Origin: Octopus bimaculoides
Lineage: Eukaryota
DNA: 43,726 bases
NCBI RefSeq assembly: GCF_001194135.2
Contig: NC_068982.1
Span: forward strand, 39,799,565-39,843,290
Reading direction: 5' to 3'
Shown one piece after another: positions 24,111 through 38,069 of the stretch (its first letter is position 1; the number at the start of each line of letters is the position of its first letter). The position numbers and the translations under genes were made by a program. Under the pieces are notes generated by a model. The model saw nothing but the letters and a program-made list of their open reading frames with translations. It had not been told where the DNA came from and did not search any database.

Positions 24111-25327
24111 TTTTTGATAAATGCTGATGATTTATCTGTGTAAGACCGTTTAAATTACTGATATATCTGATATTTTACTATTTCATCAATACAAAAACGA
24201 CAGATTCGGATTAATATTATATGAATAAATTGGCTTCGCATCATGTTTGTATATAATAATGTAGAAATCCTATTAAAAAGTCCTGATGTAAATTTGGTCT
24301 TTTAAAGTATATGTCATGGATCAGAGTAAAACACTATACCAGAACTAGATCTAAACGAATGTATCAGATATACTACGAGTTATACTTTGTTTATCACATT
24401 CGCAACACGATATATGATATTTAGTTCATGAAATAATGCTACAAAATACCAAAACAATAAAAGACAAGAAAAACAAAAATCCCCAGTTAGAATCAATAGA
24501 CAATATGATTGTGAGAAAATTGTTCCATTCTGAACACTAATTATACTCACTTATTTAATACTATAAATGCTATATCAATACTACTACGGATAATTATGAG
24601 AAAATTAACCATTGTATAATTATAGGATGTTGGGTATTAACTAATTCCATTGAATAATGAAAATGATTGTTTCTAATCGATAGTTTTCCTTTGAAGAGTG
24701 AAAATATTTGCAGTGTTTTAGAGAGAAATGCCAGTGTTATATATTGTTTATGAAGCTATGAGAAAATCGATTATAAAAAGTCGAGTTGGTATTTAAGCAA
24801 CATGTGCTTTTCTCAAAACATAATTATTGGTGCAGAATGTATTTTAGAACTACCTCCATGTATATAGGTGTCTGTTCATCTAATGTATCAATCAATCAGT
24901 CTCTCATTTTATCTATGTCTGTGTGTGTGTGTGTATATACATATACATACATATATATGTATATATATATATATATNNNNNNNNNNNNNNNNNNNNNNNN
25001 NNNNNNNNNNNNNNNNNNNNNNNNNNNNNNNNNNNNNNNNNNNNNNNNNNNNNNNNNNNNNNNNNNNNNNNNNNNNNNNNNNNNNNNNNNNNNNNNNNNN
25101 NNNNNNNNNNNNNNNNNNNNNNNNNNNNNNNNNNNNNNNNNNNNNNNNNNNNNNNNNNNNNNNNNNNNNNNNNNNNNNNNNNNNNNNNNNNNNNNNNNNN
25201 NNNNNNNNNNNNNNNNNNNNNNNNNNNNNNNNNNNNNNNNNNNNNNNNNNNNNNNNNNNNNNNNNNNNNNNNNNNNNNNNNNNNNNNNNNNNNNNNNNNN
25301 NNNNNNNNNNNNNNNNNNNNNNNNATA

Positions 25328-25985
25328 TAGGTTGGGTTCGTCAGTTTCCATCCAGTCTCCTCGGCTGATGTTTGTGCGGAAAGTAAATTTGGAGTTCAAG
25401 TCGGTGATTAAAGAGTCGTGAGTAGAACTTGCACACGTGATGGTCGGTGTAGGTCGAGGATTTTGAAGACGCTACTTTCTCCTCCTGCGTTTTGCCTTTT
25501 CATTTTGTTGTCTGTTCTGCTCGAAAAAACTGGCTCCATTACAGATAGCAGTCCCACGGGATTTCCCATCCATGGCAATCTATTCCCATGAGGATAGCTG
25601 GATGTTAGGTTGAGCCAAGGTTCGTTTGAGCTGGTTTTTAAAACGGAATTTCGGACCTCCTGTGGGTCTTGTTCTGATTGCAAGTTCTCCGTAGAGCATG
25701 ACCCTTAGAAGAGGAGAGGGACTCCATACGCTGGACGAGACCCGCCGAGCGGAGACGATGGGATAGAATTTTGGCTTCGACACTTGGTAAAGAGCCGCGG
25801 TGAAGAAACTCGTTGTTAGTAATGGGATCTTTCGATTGTATGTTGAGGATTTATTGTAGAGTCTTGTAGATGGTGATGGTTGTTTGATCGCGGAGGTCGT
25901 TCGGGGGTGTCTTACTTTCCAAGATCTTGGGAATAAGGAGCATCAGATGATTTCTCAGCTCAGGACATCAGTGCTGGAAAAACTG
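25328..25985 (-). mobile_element. RTE-clade LINE, 3' fragment of RT ORF (pseudogenised)
   Basis: ILNIQSKDPITNNEFLHRGSLPSVEAKILSHRLRSAGLVQRMES; then MLYGELAIRTRPTGGPKFRFKNQLKRTL, SWE, FFEQNRQ..KAKRRRRK. This is a typical RTE C-terminus. The 3' end abuts a gap. Confidence 0.9.
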
Positions 25986-26047
25986 AAACGGGATAAGTAT
26001 ATGTATATATACTTTACTTATATACAAATATGTATGCATGTGTACGA

Positions 26048-26105
<58 letters not shown>

Positions 26106-26814
26106 NNNNNNNNNNNNNNNNNNNNNNNNNNNNNNNNNNNNNNNNNNNNNNNNNNNNNNNNNNNNNNNNNNNNNNNNNNNNNNNNNNNNNNNNNNNNNNN
26201 NNNNNNNNNNNNNNNNNNNNNNNNNNNNNNNNNNNNNNNNNNNNNNNNNNNNNNNNNNNNNNNNNNNNNNNNNNNNNNNNNNNNNNNNNNNNNNNNNNNN
26301 NNNNNNNNNNNNNNNNNNNNNNNNNNNNNNNNNNNNNNNNNNNNNNNNNNNNNNNNNNNNNNNNNNNNNNNNNNNNNNNNNNNNNNNNNNNNNNNNNNNN
26401 NNNNNNNNNNNNNNNNNNNNNNNNNNNNNNNNNNNNNNNNNNNNNNNNNNNNNNNNNNNNNNNNNNNNNNNNNNNNNNNNNNNNNNNNNNNNNNNNNNNN
26501 NNNNNNNNNNNNNNNNNNNNNNNNNNNNNNNNNNNNNNNNNNNNNNNNNNNNNNNNNNNNNNNNNNNNNNNNNNNNNNNNNNNNNNNNNNNNNNNNNNNN
26601 NNNNNNNNNNNNNNNNNNNNNNNNNNNNNNNNNNNNNNNNNNNNNNNNNNNNNNNNNNNNNNNNNNNNNNNNNNNNNNNNNNNNNNNNNNNNNNNNNNNN
26701 NNNNNNNNNNNNNNNNNNNNNNNNNNNNNNNNNNNNNNNNNNNNNNNNNNNNNNNNNNNNNNNNNNNNNNNNNNNNNNNNNNNNNNNNNNNNNNNNNNNN
26801 NNNNNNNNNNNNNN

Positions 26815-26892
<78 letters not shown>

Positions 26893-28899
26893 TATTGAAT
26901 TATCTAAATATTTTGATCTATTCATATCCAATTGACACATTCTACTTTGTTTATTTCACAGTGAGTGTTTAAAATGTTTGATTTATTGGTTTACAGTTTG
27001 ATTAGAAAGTGATATTTATGAGACAATACACAGATAAATACATCTTTATAATGTAAAAGTTTATTGAAGTGTTGATTTTATTTTCATTCTATTTCATGAG
27101 TTCCAATCAATATACATTATCTTGCAAGCTATTAAGTGCGACACTATTCATTTAATATGTTTTTCTTTGTTCTACTTTCTTGTTATTTTTCTAAAAGATA
27201 TCAGTATATCAGAAACATAAGTATATTTATATAAATGCACGTTAAATGTTATAGAATTTTATTATTGTATACATCATTATCCATAATTTCAAACAGATAT
27301 TGGATTTTGTTTGACGTTGAATACAAAGTATTTAGAATGACTTTTTGTCAATATAGTATATGCTGAGACTTGGAGAGGTGCTTTATTCAAATCGCTGTGT
27401 ACGTCATTCACTAGTGCGCAACATTGAATAGGAAGAAAAATTCAGATATATTTTTAATATTGCGTCGATTTCAATATCACATTTTTGCAGATCACTGACA
27501 TTTTCATAGAATGGCGTTTCACCATCCCTCCCTTAGTATGTTTAGCAAATAAATAAAATATTAGTAAAGCAACCCCACCACAAAAAAAAAAAAAATAAAT
27601 AAAAGACTTATTATCAAAGGGTTATTTTTTACGCTGGTTCATTTTTATATGCAGGGATGGATCGTATAATTGTGTATGTGATTCTATTTGGAAATGTACA
27701 TGGACTAATAACCGTATGTTTCTTTTAAACTTTTTTTTTTTTTTAATTTTGAGTGGGGAGTGTCATAAATTACTAAAGAAGATTGTGATTTATCCTTTAC
27801 TTTTTACTTATTTCAGTCAGTAGACTGTGGCTACGAAATTATCTATATAAACTTTATATATACAACGGACTTTTGGTAGCCTGTGACTGAATGGAAGACA
27901 TTTACAAAAGGTGCCACTTGTTCAATGAAACTAAAGAAGACGTTAGTGTATCATGAATCAGATTTCCTCTCCCTGATAACACGATGTCTCATTTATATTC
28001 TAATCACAGCAAAGAATTTAGGAAAATTTGTTTGAGTATACGTATTGTACTGAGGTTAGATATATTATTTCTGAAATAAATTACGACTCTCAAAATACCC
28101 AGTGAAGGGGTGAATTGGATGATAACATCGGCCTCAGTAATTGACTCCTATTATATCTTATAGGCTCCGAAAAGGGGAAGGCGAAGGATACATCGGGTAG
28201 ATTAGAATTCAGAAAGTAGTTATTAAAAGATACATAATGTCTTATTAATTTTTTTTAAATAGGTCAAATCCAATATATTCAATATATTGGCTAATCTAAC
28301 GAACTTCTAGAACAACATTCCATTGTATTCTTCTAAACTATTCTTGAAAACATGCCACTTTGAGAACCTTTGTAAATTAATAGCCATGCAACAAGAAATG
28401 AAATCAGTTATTTAGCACGGTTAATTTATCCAAGATATTGAGTAACTCTTTTTTAAGAAATGTGATTTCTTCTGTTCTGCTACTGATATCGTTGTCACGA
28501 TTCACAGATGGACATATAAAAGCACTGAATTAATGAGAAACAAAATACTTCGAACAAATCGCAGCGTATAATTAGTTCAAAGTGAAAGACATTATAAGCT
28601 AATATTTTATATCGACTGCAATTGAAAATATATGCTAATGTTTTGGATAATATTTAATTGGAAAATGTTTTAGAGGGAAAATACTTTCGCATCGTTAGCA
28701 ACTGACAGACTCAAAGATCGAAATGTGTGGAACTCCAGTAATAACTTTTTCAGTTTATATAGATATACGAAGAAATTCTATAATTGTTTGCGCTTTGTAT
28801 CCCTCTTCTCTTTAAGGAATATACTATTTCTGTATATGTGCACGCGCGTTTGTGTGTGATCGTGTGCGTGTGTATGAGTTTGTGTGTGTGTTTGTAGAT

Positions 28900-28939
<40 letters not shown>

Positions 28940-29512
28940 GCACACTTATATATAGGTTTGTATGTGNNNNNNNNNNNNNNNNNNNNNNNNNNNNNNNNNN
29001 NNNNNNNNNNNNNNNNNNNNNNNNNNNNNNNNNNNNNNNNNNNNNNNNNNNNNNNNNNNNNNNNNNNNNNNNNNNNNNNNNNNNNNNNNNNNNNNNNNNN
29101 NNNNNNNNNNNNNNNNNNNNNNNNNNNNNNNNNNNNNNNNNNNNNNNNNNNNNNNNNNNNNNNNNNNNNNNNNNNNNNNNNNNNNNNNNNNNNNNNNNNN
29201 NNNNNNNNNNNNNNNNNNNNNNNNNNNNNNNNNNNNNNNNNNNNNNNNNNNNNNNNNNNNNNNNNNNNNNNNNNNNNNNNNNNNNNNNNNNNNNNNNNNN
29301 NNNNNNNNNNNNNNNNNNNNNNNNNNNNNNNNNNNNNNNNNNNNNNNNNNNNNNNNNNNNNNNNNNNNNNNNNNNNNNNNNNNNNNNNNNNNNNNNNNNN
29401 NNNNNNNNNNNNNNNNNNNNNNNNNNNNNNNNNNNNNNNNNNNNNNNNNNNNNNNNNNNNNNNNATATATATATATATATATATATACATACAAACCTAT
29501 ATATAAGTGTGC

Positions 29513-29557
<45 letters not shown>

Positions 29558-31420
29558 CACGGTAGAAGCAGAAGCTCGCAGTACGAGTGCTCCATTATAC
29601 GAGTAATTTGCTGTACGAGCCGAGGCTCGTGCGAAATTTTGTTTTGAAGTACAAGTGTAAATCCGCAGTATGAACGCGTTTGATATATACCATCGCTAGT
29701 CGGCACTGTGATCGCACACGCTCTCCCTTTGCTCAGTCCACGTGTTTATCTCGTCGCATCATCCCTGTTGTGTTGTTTCCAGGGTAATTGTTTTAGCTTT
29801 GTGCGTTTTGCTACTATTTTATAATAATTAGTAGTGTTAGCTATGGATCCTATGAAGGTTAGTGCAAAGGAGAGTATTGAGAAGAAAAAAGCTGATTACG
29901 ATAGAATTGAAGAAGGAAAGCAATGATAAACATGAGAGAAGAGTGCGTGTATTAGACATAGCACGTCAATATGACCGACACAAGTCGACGATCTGCACCA
30001 TCTTGAAGAAAAGACGACACCCAGGCCGTTACAACAGCAACGGGTGTCTTCAAGCATTCGAAGCCACGTGCACCTGTCCTCGAAGAGATGGAAAAATTGC
30101 TTCTCCTGTGTATCGACGTGATGCAACTCGCAGGGGATACGATTACGTGACTATCATCCGCAAGAAATACAATCGCTATATGGGGACCTTCTGAAGCAGA
30201 GTCCTGGAATATCGACGTATTTAAGGCCAGTCGAGGCTGGTTCTATAAGTTCAAGGAGAAGACTGGCGTTCATAGTGTCGTCAGGCACGGAGAAGCAGCG
30301 AGTTCTGACCTGAAGGCAGCTGAGCATTTCGTGCGTGAATTCTGTCAGCTCACCGCAGCCGAGACATACATCGCACAACATATATTCAACTATGATGAAA
30401 CTGACATCTTTTGAGGGAAAAATGCCCAGAAGAACCTCCATAACTGCAGAGGAGAAGAAAATGCCAAGCAACATGCCTATGAAAGATAGACTAGCTGTCC
30501 CCCTTTGTGCCAATGCGAGTGGAGACTTGAAGATTAAGCCGCTCCTTGTCTACCATTCCGAAAACCTACGACCATTCAAGTCGCACAAAATCTTGAAAGA
30601 GAAGCTGCAAGTCACGTGGAGAGCAAACGTTAAAGCCTTGGTGACCTGGCAATTCTTCACCGTGTGGATCAAACTTATTTTCGGACCACCAGTGAAAAAG
30701 TACCATCTAAGGCCCCCGTCATCTCTACAATGCTGCTGCTCACCATCCTAACATCGAAGATGATATCGTAAACGAATTTAAATTCAGAAAAGCTCTATAC
30801 CTTTCACACAACATCTTGCAGCCCATGGACCAACAGGTGATTTCTAATTTTAAGAAATTCTACGCCAAATACCTGTTTCGTCGGGAATTTGTAGTCACTG
30901 AAAATACAAATCTAACTCTTTGTGACTTTTGGAAGGAGCATTACAACTTTGTTAACTGTCTGAAAATTATCGATATGGACTAGCAGGATGTAACGAGGAG
31001 AACGTTGAATTCTGCATGGTGGAAACTGTGGCTTGACTGCGTGTCCGAAAGAGACTTCGGGGGGTTTGAGTCTGAGACACATGTAGTCTGAGACACATGT
31101 AGTTGAGGTGTTCATAGGTCTCGAGATTGACAATGGGGATATTAACGATCTCATCGAGGAAAACTCAAAGGTGGTGACGACGGACGAACTCCTGCAGCTT
31201 CAGGAGTATCAGCATTTAGATGTTGTAGAAGAAACAGGTTCCCCGAGAGAGTACAGTGTGGCGGAAAAATGCTATCTCTACGAGTGGCATAAAAGCATTG
31301 TTGGCAACGTGGTAGTATGTTTCTGAATCTGTAGAAAAATACCATCCTGAAAAAGTAGCTACAAGTCGTGCAGCTGCTTTATTTAAATCACACTGCTCTG
31401 GCGCATTTTCGTAACATTCA
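29558..31420 (+). mobile_element. Tigger/pogo-family DNA transposon with frameshifted, near full-length transposase (TIGD1/Tigger1-like)
   Basis: ATG at 29843. ITIELKKE..ERRVRVLDIARQYDRHKSTICTILK (CENP-B-type HTH); LEEMEKLLLL; FKASRGWFYKFKEKTGVHSVVRHGEAASSD; IFNYDET; MKDRL..CANASGDLKIKPLLVYHSEN; LYNAAAH (D to Y in LDNAPAH); LQPMDQQVISNFKK. Inserted in a (TA)n tract; right TIR not seen. Confidence 0.95.
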
Positions 31421-32197
31421 TATATGCCTCTTTGGTCATTCTTCCGTAGTAATCCATAATAATTATATATAAAATCCATTATATTGTATGGTATTCCGAA
31501 TATAGTTTATAGACTTAAATAAATATTATATAATTATACTTATGCATATTTACATATACTTTTACATATAGTTTTAATACAACAATTATTCTACACATGT
31601 ATCTATCTTTCCAATGAATTTTCTAAAACTGATTTCCTGATATTAATAATAATATATTATAAAATATATATAGATATACATACATACATACATACCCATA
31701 TACATTCTGGGCAGAATATACTAGAAGAATGCAGTTCCAAATTCGCCTTTGGTATGCACTTATGTTTAACACTAGTTGTGAAATATTTCATAAACTAGAA
31801 AATGATATCACTATAGACACATTATATAACATTTTATCACATCAGATGTAGCTTTCGAACCGAGAACAGGGGAAGCTAATGAAGCATTTTGTAACTGAAA
31901 TATAATATAGATATAATACTGTTAACCAATATGATGTAATGTTTAAACTAGCGTTAGGTCATGTTTGTATAGAACATATATATGTGTGTGGGTATGTGTG
32001 TGTGTGTGTAGATATGCACCTAGTATATTATATATGTGACTATGTGTACACCTCCCATGCGTAAGTAAAGGTATGTATGTGTGTATCTGTGTGCAAAACG
32101 GAAATAATTTTTTTTTTAAATTCTAAATGCAGACATGATATCGTGACGAATATGGTGTACCATGATATTCGTTTTGTGACAACCTGAATGGAAACAA

Positions 32198-32200
<3 letters not shown>

Positions 32201-32258
<58 letters not shown>

Positions 32259-32299
32259 GAAAGAAAGAAAGAAAGAAAAAAGAAAGAAAGAAAGAAAGA
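32201..32299. repeat. (AAT)n followed by (GAAA)n microsatellite
   Basis: Direct read. Confidence 0.95.
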
Positions 32300-33397
32300 A
32301 TTATTTCTAGGTATCTAAAGTTGTCTTGGGAACTACAAATATTTTGCGAAAGTTCCATATTTGAAATAAAGTTAGTGCATCATGCTGTGTTTTGCTTGCT
32401 TCGTAATTATCATTTTCAGTGGTTTGAACTTCGAACAATGACAACGAAATTACAACACTGTAAATTTCTTGGTCAGAATGACAATAAGAATAGCATTTTC
32501 AATTTGTCTTCTGTTTGTGCTAATGCTTAGGAATAGCTTTGTAATCTCGTTTCGATATCTGGTAAATTATATCAATACAAGTAAATTAGTCTATTTGGCA
32601 AAGCTGGTATTATATCATTGTAAATTATGATAGCGGAAAAGAACATTACTAATCTCCTAGGCATGAATTAACGAATAGCAAAAATATTACATTGCAATAT
32701 TGCATCTCAAACTCGCATAGCAAATCCATGAAAAGTAGCTATGATAATTGAAGCTTAGATTTTTTCAATTATGTTATTCGTAAAAGTGTATCGCTGATAA
32801 CTCACTGGATCATATTGGCTCCATAGAGGATTTACTCGTTATGTGGTTCACTAAAGAAATGTTATTCCTTTCTAAGCTAACTAGCAGGCTTCCTTTTTTG
32901 ATATGCTACACCCAACCAGGTATCTTCGAGTATTCGTATAACGATATTGCACAATAATCGCAAAAATAATCTCCATGAAATCTCAGTACCATGCCCCAAA
33001 ATGCTACGACGGTAATTTTCCCGACCTCATCGACTGTATTTTACGCTAAGCATTGAATTATGTACAGTGTCAGTGGGTGCGTGTGTAATTGAGTGTGTGT
33101 GTGTGTGTCTGTGTCTGTGTCTGTATGTATTGTACAATTATAACTCCACTTCATTGACTTGTAATCGACATATTTTTCGCCTCGTTAAAGCATTAATTTC
33201 TTATAGATTTCTCACATACTTCAAAGCTACATTTATTTTCAACTCTATCGTAATCATTATAAATTTGACTTCTTCGATATAGCGCTTCGAATATAACAAT
33301 AAAACCACACGTGACCGAATATATAACCTACGAACATAATTCAGGTTTACAAATCTGCTTATATTATTCATTACTTTTTATAGTGCTGTTGCAATTA

Positions 33398-33574
33398 ATT
33401 CTTTTCTACTCTAGGTACAAGGCCTGAAATTGTTGGGGAGGGAGCGAGTCGATTAGATCGGCCTAGTACGCAACTGGTACTTAATTTATCAACCCCGAAA
33501 AGATGAAAGAAAAAGTCGACCTCGGCGGAATTTGAACTCAGAACGTAAAAATAGACGAAATACCGCTAAGCTTT
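33398..33574 (-). mobile_element. 5'-truncated SINE family A copy
   Basis: attcttttctactctaggtacaaggcctgaaatt...gtcgacctcggcggaatttgaactcagaacg...gaaataccgctaagc. Confidence 0.9.
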
Positions 33575-33879
33575 TCGACTTATACACACATGCACGCATA
33601 TATGAGTATGAGTATACACACATACACACATACTTACACACACACATATATATGTATACATATACATATACACACATACACACATACACGTACACATGCA
33701 TATACACACATACATACACGCACACACACATACACACATACACACACACATATATATATATGTATGTATACATATACATATATACATATGTATATATGGA
33801 TCTACGTCAAATATAAGTTATTCGAATGTAGTTCCTGAAGTTCATGTATATTAAGAGTTGTGGGCGCAATGTATAGATC

Positions 33880-35490
33880 AAGTTATGTATGATCGGGATT
33901 GTAATATGTGAATGTGTGTTTAGCTGTGAGTAGGCATCTGGGTAATTGTTTAATGAATCTGTTTATAATTCGCTCCTTTGTTAACATTATCGCGAGTGAC
34001 TCCTCGGAGCATAACTGGCATTTCCGAGATATAATGTTGTAGGGACTCGCGTGCCTAAGTATGGACCATACCATGTTGTATTTTGTCTTCGTTTCCTTAA
34101 GCCTTCAGATAAAATCGGCCAGTGATGTTACATGTCGTTTAAAAATATTTCGAAAGCTGACAATGCGGTTGCGGTATCGATTTTTGAAAAAATCAGCCGA
34201 TGCCCCGATATATACTTAGGGGCATCCTCTAGAGTTTTTAGTGCACTTGTATACCACGCTCTTAGTCATACATTGGTTATTCAAAGAACAATTCGATCTA
34301 TCTCTGCATGAGCATAACTGTTTGATTTTGTTGGCTTGTGTACATCGAGCACTGGAGCGATTGGTTCTGTTCGGTATTTTGGTTGTCCATATTATCGTTT
34401 TATTATCACTATGTGTTCTTAGTTTATTATTTGAATTGTTGCTGGTGTTATTTTTGGATGGTTATCATGGACAATATAATTATTGCTCTGTTGTTTGGTA
34501 GTATAATTCGAGTTATAAATGTTGTCTTTAGGATGGTCATATGAGTAATGGTTGATGTTGAGAAGGTTATTTTGGGTGCTGAGTAATCTTCGCCTAAGTT
34601 TACGGCTGTTAATCCTATGAATATGGTGCTCTATGAATTTGCATAGGATAGTTTTATAGTGTGACGGTTGAATAGTTTGCTGTACACTCCATTTTAGGGA
34701 AGCAGTGATCAAGTGCGGTAAAAAATTGAGATGTTGGAGTTCCACATTGGGTTATACCAAAGGACGTACTGGTTTTTATATTTTCAGTTAGATCTGTTTG
34801 TCTGGGTGTTTGGAGAGGCAACTGGATATTGTCCGCGTTAGGTGTTTAATTTGTTCTCTATTACAAGTTTTCTCTAACACATGGTTGATTCTAATGTGTC
34901 TGAATTTGGTTAATATTATCTTATGGCTTGAGATTCTATTATCTAGGTTTTTGACTTCGTGTATGTAGTTATTGTTGTGTTTGTTAAGGTTGTTATAATG
35001 AATCGTATTATTACAATTTGAGTTATAAGAGTTGTTATTATTACTACTACTACTGGAATATTAGATTTTCTCACGGTATCTGGCGTTAGCTAAAGCTGAG
35101 TTATAATAAGGTGCGTGTACGTCGGATGTATTTTCATTTGCGGATAACCTGGATATTCTAGCCGAGATGTTATTAACGAGTCCCCGAATTATTGATGGTG
35201 GATGATTAGATCTAACGTGGATGTATCTTAGGTTCTCATTAGGTTTATGAAACGGTTCGTGTAGACCAGTATCCAGATCAAAAGTAGCATCTAAGAAGTT
35301 GACTCTACGGTATTCATTGATTAAAAAAAAAATTAGAGATTTTTTGTACTTTTCGCGTTGTACTTTGCTACATTTATGTAGGAAGAATAATGCGTCATCT
35401 CTGTATAGCCTTCCATTCAGTCCAGGAATATATAATTGTATAGGATGTAAATTCCTACGAGGTCAGTTACTTTGGCAAAATCAAATGATA
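33880..35490 (-). mobile_element. Penelope-like element: RT C-terminal half plus GIY-YIG endonuclease (pseudogenised, 5'-truncated)
   Basis: Minus strand: GRLYRDDAL (RT catalytic), VNFLDATFDL..KPNENLRYIHVRSNHPPSII, VLWYNP, SKLFNRHTIKLSY, CSCRDRSNCSLNNQCMTKSVVYKC, YIGASADFFKNRY, WSILRHASPYNIISRKCQLC. Confidence 0.95.
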
Positions 35491-35664
35491 CCATAGCGAT
35501 GTCAAACGCATTTGGAGTATCACATCTATTCCATAAATTATCATAAAAATTTACCACTGTTCCTCGTATCTGGAAAGATCCGAAATATTTCTAGCAACGA
35601 TTATACATAGTTATTCCAAAAGTGTGTATTTGTATCTATCTTCGTACATGTACCTTTACTGCTA

Positions 35665-36089
35665 TACTCTTTCTCTTTTTACTCTTTTACTTGTTTCAGT
35701 CATTTGACTGTGGCCATGCTGGAGCACCACCTTTAGTCGAGCAAATCGACACCAGGACTTATTCTTTGTAAGCCTAGTACTTATTCTATCGGTCTCTTTT
35801 ACGGAACTGCTAAGTTACGGGGACGTAAGCACACTACCATCGGTTGTCAGCGATGTTGGGGAAGGGAGACAAACACAAACACACGAACATATACACACAT
35901 ACATATATATATATATATACATATATACGACGGGCTTCATTCAGTTTCTGTCTACCAAATCCACTCACAAGGCTTTGGTCGGCCCGAAGCTATAGTAGAA
36001 GACACTTGCTCAAGGTGTCACGCAGTGGGACTGAACCTGGAACCATGTAATTCGTAAGCAAGCTACTTACCACACAGTCCCCCTGCGCC
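35665..36089 (-). mobile_element. Full-length tRNA-derived SINE family B with internal microsatellite and (TAAAAGAG)n-like tail
   Basis: Minus head aggcgcagggg..ctgtgtggtaagtagcttgc...ggttcagtcccactgcgtgacaccttgagcaagtgtc; internal TA/CA block; tail atggccacagtcaaatgactgaaacaagtaaaagagtaaaa. Confidence 0.92.
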
Positions 36090-38069
36090 TATATGAAATA
36101 ATATTTAAGACTTTAAAAATATTTCAGGCTTATTCAGTCCGCCACGTTTCAGTGTAATTCTGTGCTGAATTCAATGTACCCATCGGAAAATCGTGTCAAA
36201 GGAACACACTATCAAGCTTCAAAATGTTTTTATCCGTCCTCATGCAGAAGTGTATTTGCTACTCTGATTTATCATTTCAAAGTAAAAGCTATAAACTACA
36301 CAATTTAGATTAAACAATAAGTCTTCAAGACATGTAAATTTCTCTGATTGTTTTCTCCCTCGTACTGATATTTTTTGTATCATTGTAGTTGACGTATCAC
36401 TAAGTTACTATAGACTACTCTACGCTGATTATAGCACTTTGAATATAACCATTCGAAGACTTTAGATGAAAGCCTATCTCGAGATATGTAAGTTGTATGT
36501 GTATATGCGTCACTGTGTGAGTATATATGTTTGTGCGTGTATGTCTGGTTTTGCAAATGTTACCTATATTTTAATCTTCATATGCGTTTTTCTACATATT
36601 GTAAACATCATTATACGTATGTGCAAAGCAGAGAAAAAGGAGAGAAAGAGGAGAGCGAGAGAGGAGAGAGAGAGCGACAGGGTGGGAGACATAAACAAAG
36701 ATAGATGTGAATAGCGGAATAACATGAGCAGACAGAGTGAAAAAAATAAGTCCGATATTTAATTTGATCTTTTATTTCGAACATCAGTAGTGAAATACAA
36801 TTCTCATGAGACAATCTGCTTTCTGACTGCAAATATTTTATTTGTATTGCAGGAACAAATGCCTCTATAATTTCAAACATTGTTGCTGATTTGAATTTGT
36901 TTAATACATCGTACATTTTCAATATTAATTCATTTTCTACTACTTCAGATAGTCAACAGTTATCCGCCTACAATATCGATTTACAATAAAGTATTACCTG
37001 TCCATTCGACTTTCCTGTTATTTAGAACGTTGCTGTCGAAATATTTATCCGCAGCTTTATTTACCATAGCGTACCATGTTATTTATCACCTATATGTTAT
37101 TTATCACCTATATTTATCACCCATCAATGTGTCTGCGTGTGTTTGGGTGTTTTGGTGTGTGGGTGTTGTGTTATTACATCCCAATCTATTTCCATACAAT
37201 ATTGTTCTCTAGCGCATGATTATCCTAACATTTTTGTCTTGTATACACGTTATTTTGTCAAACCAAATACTTATAAAGATAACATAGACAATGCTTTAGT
37301 TTAGGATTATCTGTAATCGTTCTATACAGAACCAGACTAGTTAAATCTTAAGAAATCAATATCTGATTAGAAATCATCAATACCATAATTGAAGAAAAAT
37401 GATTTTTCATCTGGAACGTATTTAGTTATTAATCGTTAATATGACTACTCTTTTTTTTAAATCTTTATCTTGGAACGTTTTCTTTGACGCTAGAAATATA
37501 TCTTCTTTTATTCCTCATCTAAAATGACAGGAAGAAATCACAAGAGGCAAAACATTAATTTCATTATAACAATAACAGAGCAAATACTATTATCATAGTA
37601 GTAAACTTCGAGAAACATATCTCACTCTGTTTCAATATCTTGGTGAATCTAATTCATTCCATAGATACTACTAGGTCTTCAAAATAAGCATACATAGAAG
37701 TCGTTTAAGCCGGCTCATTATTCTTTAAAATTGTTTTAGGACATTAAGCCGTAACAGAAAGTTATTAATATGAAATTATTACCTTACAGTACTGTAAGAA
37801 GAGCTTTATAAAATGTGACTCTATTTCTATATGTTATTAGAACAGTGTAGTAGAAGAGACAAAATAGACAGAGAGAGTATCCAGCTAGAAGCATTAAAGT
37901 ATTTGGTCAAATCTCTTTGTTTCGGAATTTAAAATCATGCTGTGGTCTCTTAAGTTTATCATCCCTCTGGTTTTGAAAAATCAACATGTACCCTAATTTG
38001 TTTCAAACAACAAATCGTACTGATCAACAGGCTAATAGCAATGCGAGACATCACTATTAGATACCATCA

